From Marsupella aquatica (lineage: Eukaryota > Plantae > Marchantiophyta), in contig OZ316895.1 in assembly GCA_973895155.1 (NCBI GenBank), positions 14,612,548 to 14,676,547 on the forward strand: DNA of 64,000 nucleotides, in the 5' to 3' direction. A model generated the notes under the pieces. That model did not search any database, was not told where the DNA came from, and saw only the letters and a program-made list of their open reading frames with translations. Position 1 is the stretch's first letter; each line of letters begins with the position of its first letter. Shown here one piece after another: positions 63,885 to 64,000 of the stretch. The position numbers and the translations under genes are program-made.

Positions 63885-64000
63885 CTGCAATACGCCAAGG
63901 GAATACGAACGAACCCTGACAGTGAGCAAAACACAAAGTGATGCGAGACTACGGCTAGCAAACGTGGAAAAAAATCGGAGAAAGGATGGCTAACTCTCTA

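Overview
Nuclear DNA of a land plant. The gene set (class III peroxidase, epsilon-type 14-3-3, SPH-like secreted protein, CblB/MMAB) suggests an early-diverging lineage such as a liverwort or hornwort; this is inference. The first 14 kb is a nested transposon block: a young full-length Ty1/copia element (2695-8632, near-identical LTRs), a CRE-clade non-LTR RT fragment and a Helitron-like element with a minisatellite. Genes follow: peroxidase (15966-18639), DCC1 (22467-24475), a Cys-rich orphan ORF, an SPH-like protein (31127-31660), two tandem paralogues encoding acidic disordered repeat proteins with SUMO-interaction-motif-like sequences (36040-37077, 44596-45279), a degenerate methyl-CpG-binding-domain protein (53208-53926), an intronless cobalamin adenosyltransferase (MMAB/PduO) homologue whose N-terminal ATP-binding motif appears replaced (56835-57665), and the 3' part of a 14-3-3 gene. 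Also present: five copies of a MITE family with CT(C/T/G)GGGGG termini and 8-bp TSDs, including a MITE-in-MITE-in-Helitron nest; a solo LTR; two perfect hairpins; and several minisatellites. Best leads: the altered MMAB in a plant, the poly-SIM-like tandem gene pair, the MBD lacking both arginine fingers, and the atypical MITE family. All alignments were done by eye; no database searches were run.
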